Shown here: positions 61,178 to 64,000 of the stretch, in pieces
Position numbering within the stretch: the first letter of the stretch is position 1
How the letters are laid out: each line of letters opens with the position of its first letter
NCBI RefSeq assembly: GCF_021869535.1
Contig: NW_026262637.1
Span: 28,396,001-28,460,000 of the forward strand
Direction of reading: 5' to 3'
DNA from: Mytilus californianus
Lineage: Eukaryota
Length of the DNA stretch: 64,000 nucleotides
Translations under genes and position numbers: made by a program
The notes under the pieces: generated by a model
What the model saw: only the letters and a program-made list of their open reading frames with translations
What the model was told of the DNA's origin: nothing
The model's database searches: none

Positions 61178-64000
61178 CTTACAGTGACATTTAGTGCTTC
61201 CTTCCTTCCTGGTTTTAGACATAATGCTTAAGAACATAAAAAAATGTGTATCTTATCTTGAAGTCAAAGCTTTTTCGTGTTTATGGTAGTCATGTTGGGG
61301 TTCTGAGACATATTTGGTATCCAAATAGCTTTAAAGTGTGCATGCTTAATTGTTTAATCTTTAATCACTGTGGAACATTGATGCATGGTTGTTCAACTTG
61401 TTGATACTGTTTTTGATATTTTAGGGGGGAAAGGGGGGGGTGTATAAAACTTCAGGGGGAACACAACTAATTAATGGCCTAATTACTTCCTATGTTAAAT
61501 TCCTCAATTTCACACAGTCACAGATCTTTTGTCTTAGGTTGAAATAAAGGGACAATCAATGCATGTCAAAGCAACACATTATGGTGTCTTGTACTGAAAA
61601 AATCAACATACCTTTCATTGGTTTTAAGAGAGTACTGGTTCTCGGAACTACGGAAGTACCAAAAACAGGTATTTCAGATCTGACAAGCAGGCAAAATATA
61701 CTCTCCTTTTTAAAAAAATTTGGCATTTTTTTTATTATTCAAAATTTTAAGTCAAAAAGTGTTCTAAAATGATCACCAGTCATTCAACCTTCACTGGATA
61801 CTATAATTAACAAAATATTCTACACATTTTGAAAGTAACATGCCCATGCGTATTAACTATTTTGTTTTAAATACGTGCTACTCTATTTCTAACCAAGCCC
61901 GATTTAGGGGTGTTACACCTTAAAATGTGGTTTGGCTTTTATATATATAATTATATGTGTGTCTGTGCATGTCTAACATTTTATAAGTTATCACTTTTAT
62001 TTTTTATATTTTATGTTTACCTACAAACAAACAGTTTTCAAAGACATAACATACAAAGTTTAATTTTGCAGCCTCTTCATCATTAACGTCGTTCCTGTTT
62101 TTCCATCTTAAAAATTACGGCATATATGACAAGGTCATACACTTGTTATATTTATAACTGAACATGATTACTTTGTAAGCTTTGGTTCTGCTTACCATTA
62201 AAACGTTAATGATAAATATGAGAAAATAGACAATTATATTTCACTTCAGAGACAAAGAAAAGATTAACGATGTCAGTCGTCTGCCCTTGTCATGGCCGTC
62301 ATTTTTACCCCGCTGACGTAATTAAGAGACGATTAATTTTACGTCATTGTATTTTTCTTTGAGATGTGACTCGTGCAAAAATAACTATTAATTAACAGAA
62401 TTCTCATTCACTTCATAAAAGATATTTCTATGATTATTATTGTTTCCTGTTTACATCCTTATTTCTACCCTACCGAGTGAACTCTTATACATAAACTTTA
62501 AAATAGTTTTTTGCATTTATAAAGAAAAACGTCTATGTTGACATATCATCGGTTCCGTCGCTCACGGAAACTTATTCTTTTAAATGGCATATGGTCAAGA
62601 AAACCTTTTTAGGGGAGAAAAGACGACTGCCGGAAATAACAATATATTTGTGGCACATATACATATTGTAACATTAGATGTGATGCTGGGTGGAGATGAA
62701 GTGAAGTTCAAGTCTGTCCCGTGTTCTGAGGTCTATAAGCATAAAACATGAAATACTTGTTGACAATAGGTTTGGTAGGCAATATACTTGTGCTGTATGA
62801 CAACTTTTTTGCATAATAGTCATGGCTCTACATCTATAAATAATAACGTATTTTTTACATAATTGTTGAAAAGATTCTTTGAGATTTTTTACGCCATGTT
62901 ATGTACACTGCATAAGCTAATTTCGCAACACGGCATGGTCTTTCTGCATTCTAGTTAATATTATTTTTATTATAAATTTATCTTAACCGATGACTTAAAA
63001 CTTTAGTTATGTCGTCAATGTGCGATACATTATTTTTCAAAATAAAAAAATAAGGAGATGTGGAAGAAAAACTACTGGTGTTCACGAAAGACAAAATGCA
63101 GGAGTGAAAACAACTATACCAATGAGCTAAACTTGTATCGTATAGTTAGCTAGAAAGGGCCCGGGGAAAATTTGAAATAATTAAAATAAAAAACTAGCGA
63201 TCATTCAATCGTTTGAGCTCAGTTTCTAGTGTTTTTCATTCAGAAAAAAAATCTCTATATGATAAACCTCTGGACATCATGCAATTATATCGGATAATTT
63301 CCAGTCATGGATGACTAATCGAAAGGACGTGAATCACTTGCGCGTGACAAAACCGTTGTTTATTTGTTGCATCAAAGGATCGTGAAGTAAATATCACCCA
63401 GACATACGTGCTCGTGCATATGCTGGTATGGGTCATAATCCGGGTACTACGTAGGTTGTCAGCTCTATACTTAATTTATTTCGATCATGTTAAGGCATAT
63501 AGTTGATTAAACTGGGTTTTTTTTTGAAACGTTATTCACAGATAATAAAAGAAAAGAAAGATAATTTAAAAGTATGTTTACTTTCATTAAATAAGAAGCG
63601 GTTATTTTTATTGCTGAGCGTAAAATGGAATTTTTAGGATATATGATTTATTTTAGTTTTTTTTATGTATACCATGTATCAAAATATCATCAAAGATACC
63701 AGACTTATAATTAGATAAATCGTTTAAATAATGTTACTTTTGAAGAATTTGGTAAAGGTAGATACTGATATAAACATTTGCAAAAGAATAATGTGTTAAT
63801 TTTCCCATAAAACTGTGAAGGACTCTTATGATAAAATTTATATCCGAATACGTAGAAGCATATTGCTTATCCTTTTGAAGTATCTGATGTTACTTCCAGT
63901 TTTCCGTACATTTGTATATGCTCATGTTTTTGTGACTATTTGTTTGATGATAGTCTAGTATAGTGGTATTGTCCTATTTTTGTTCTGTTAGGTTATAGCT

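Noticed and set aside
34500-64000. A third Sar1 paralog or another host gene
   Set aside because: I found no further GLDxAGK, DLGGH or NKID exons or any coherent exon chain by eye. Small exons of a long-intron gene cannot be excluded without RNA-seq or tblastn.

Overview
AT-rich eukaryotic genomic DNA. The repeat families resemble those of bivalve molluscs (Mytilus-like); this is an inference. The only host genes I can support are two tandem, minus-strand, six-exon paralogs of the COPII small GTPase Sar1, which the ORF track shows only as fragments. Copy A spans 12574-16779 (198 aa) and copy B spans 22256-33443 (209 aa). Both have intact frames, GT-AG introns and the canonical SAR1 internal exon sizes (120/66/104/132 bp). 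They are about 75% identical to each other (my count) and strongly diverged from canonical Sar1, and copy B has unusual P-loop and switch II changes. Between them is a cluster of (TA)n-flanked, head-to-head palindromic repeats carrying an apparently intact minimal type I hammerhead ribozyme (retrozyme / Penelope pseudo-LTR-like, 540-bp monomer). The rest is a mosaic of decayed or non-autonomous elements: Gypsy, Penelope-like RTs, Harbinger, an RLE-type non-LTR remnant, HINE/Helentron-like elements, foldback elements, MITEs, SINEs and a ~50-bp satellite. I found no convincing host gene in about 34-64 kb.
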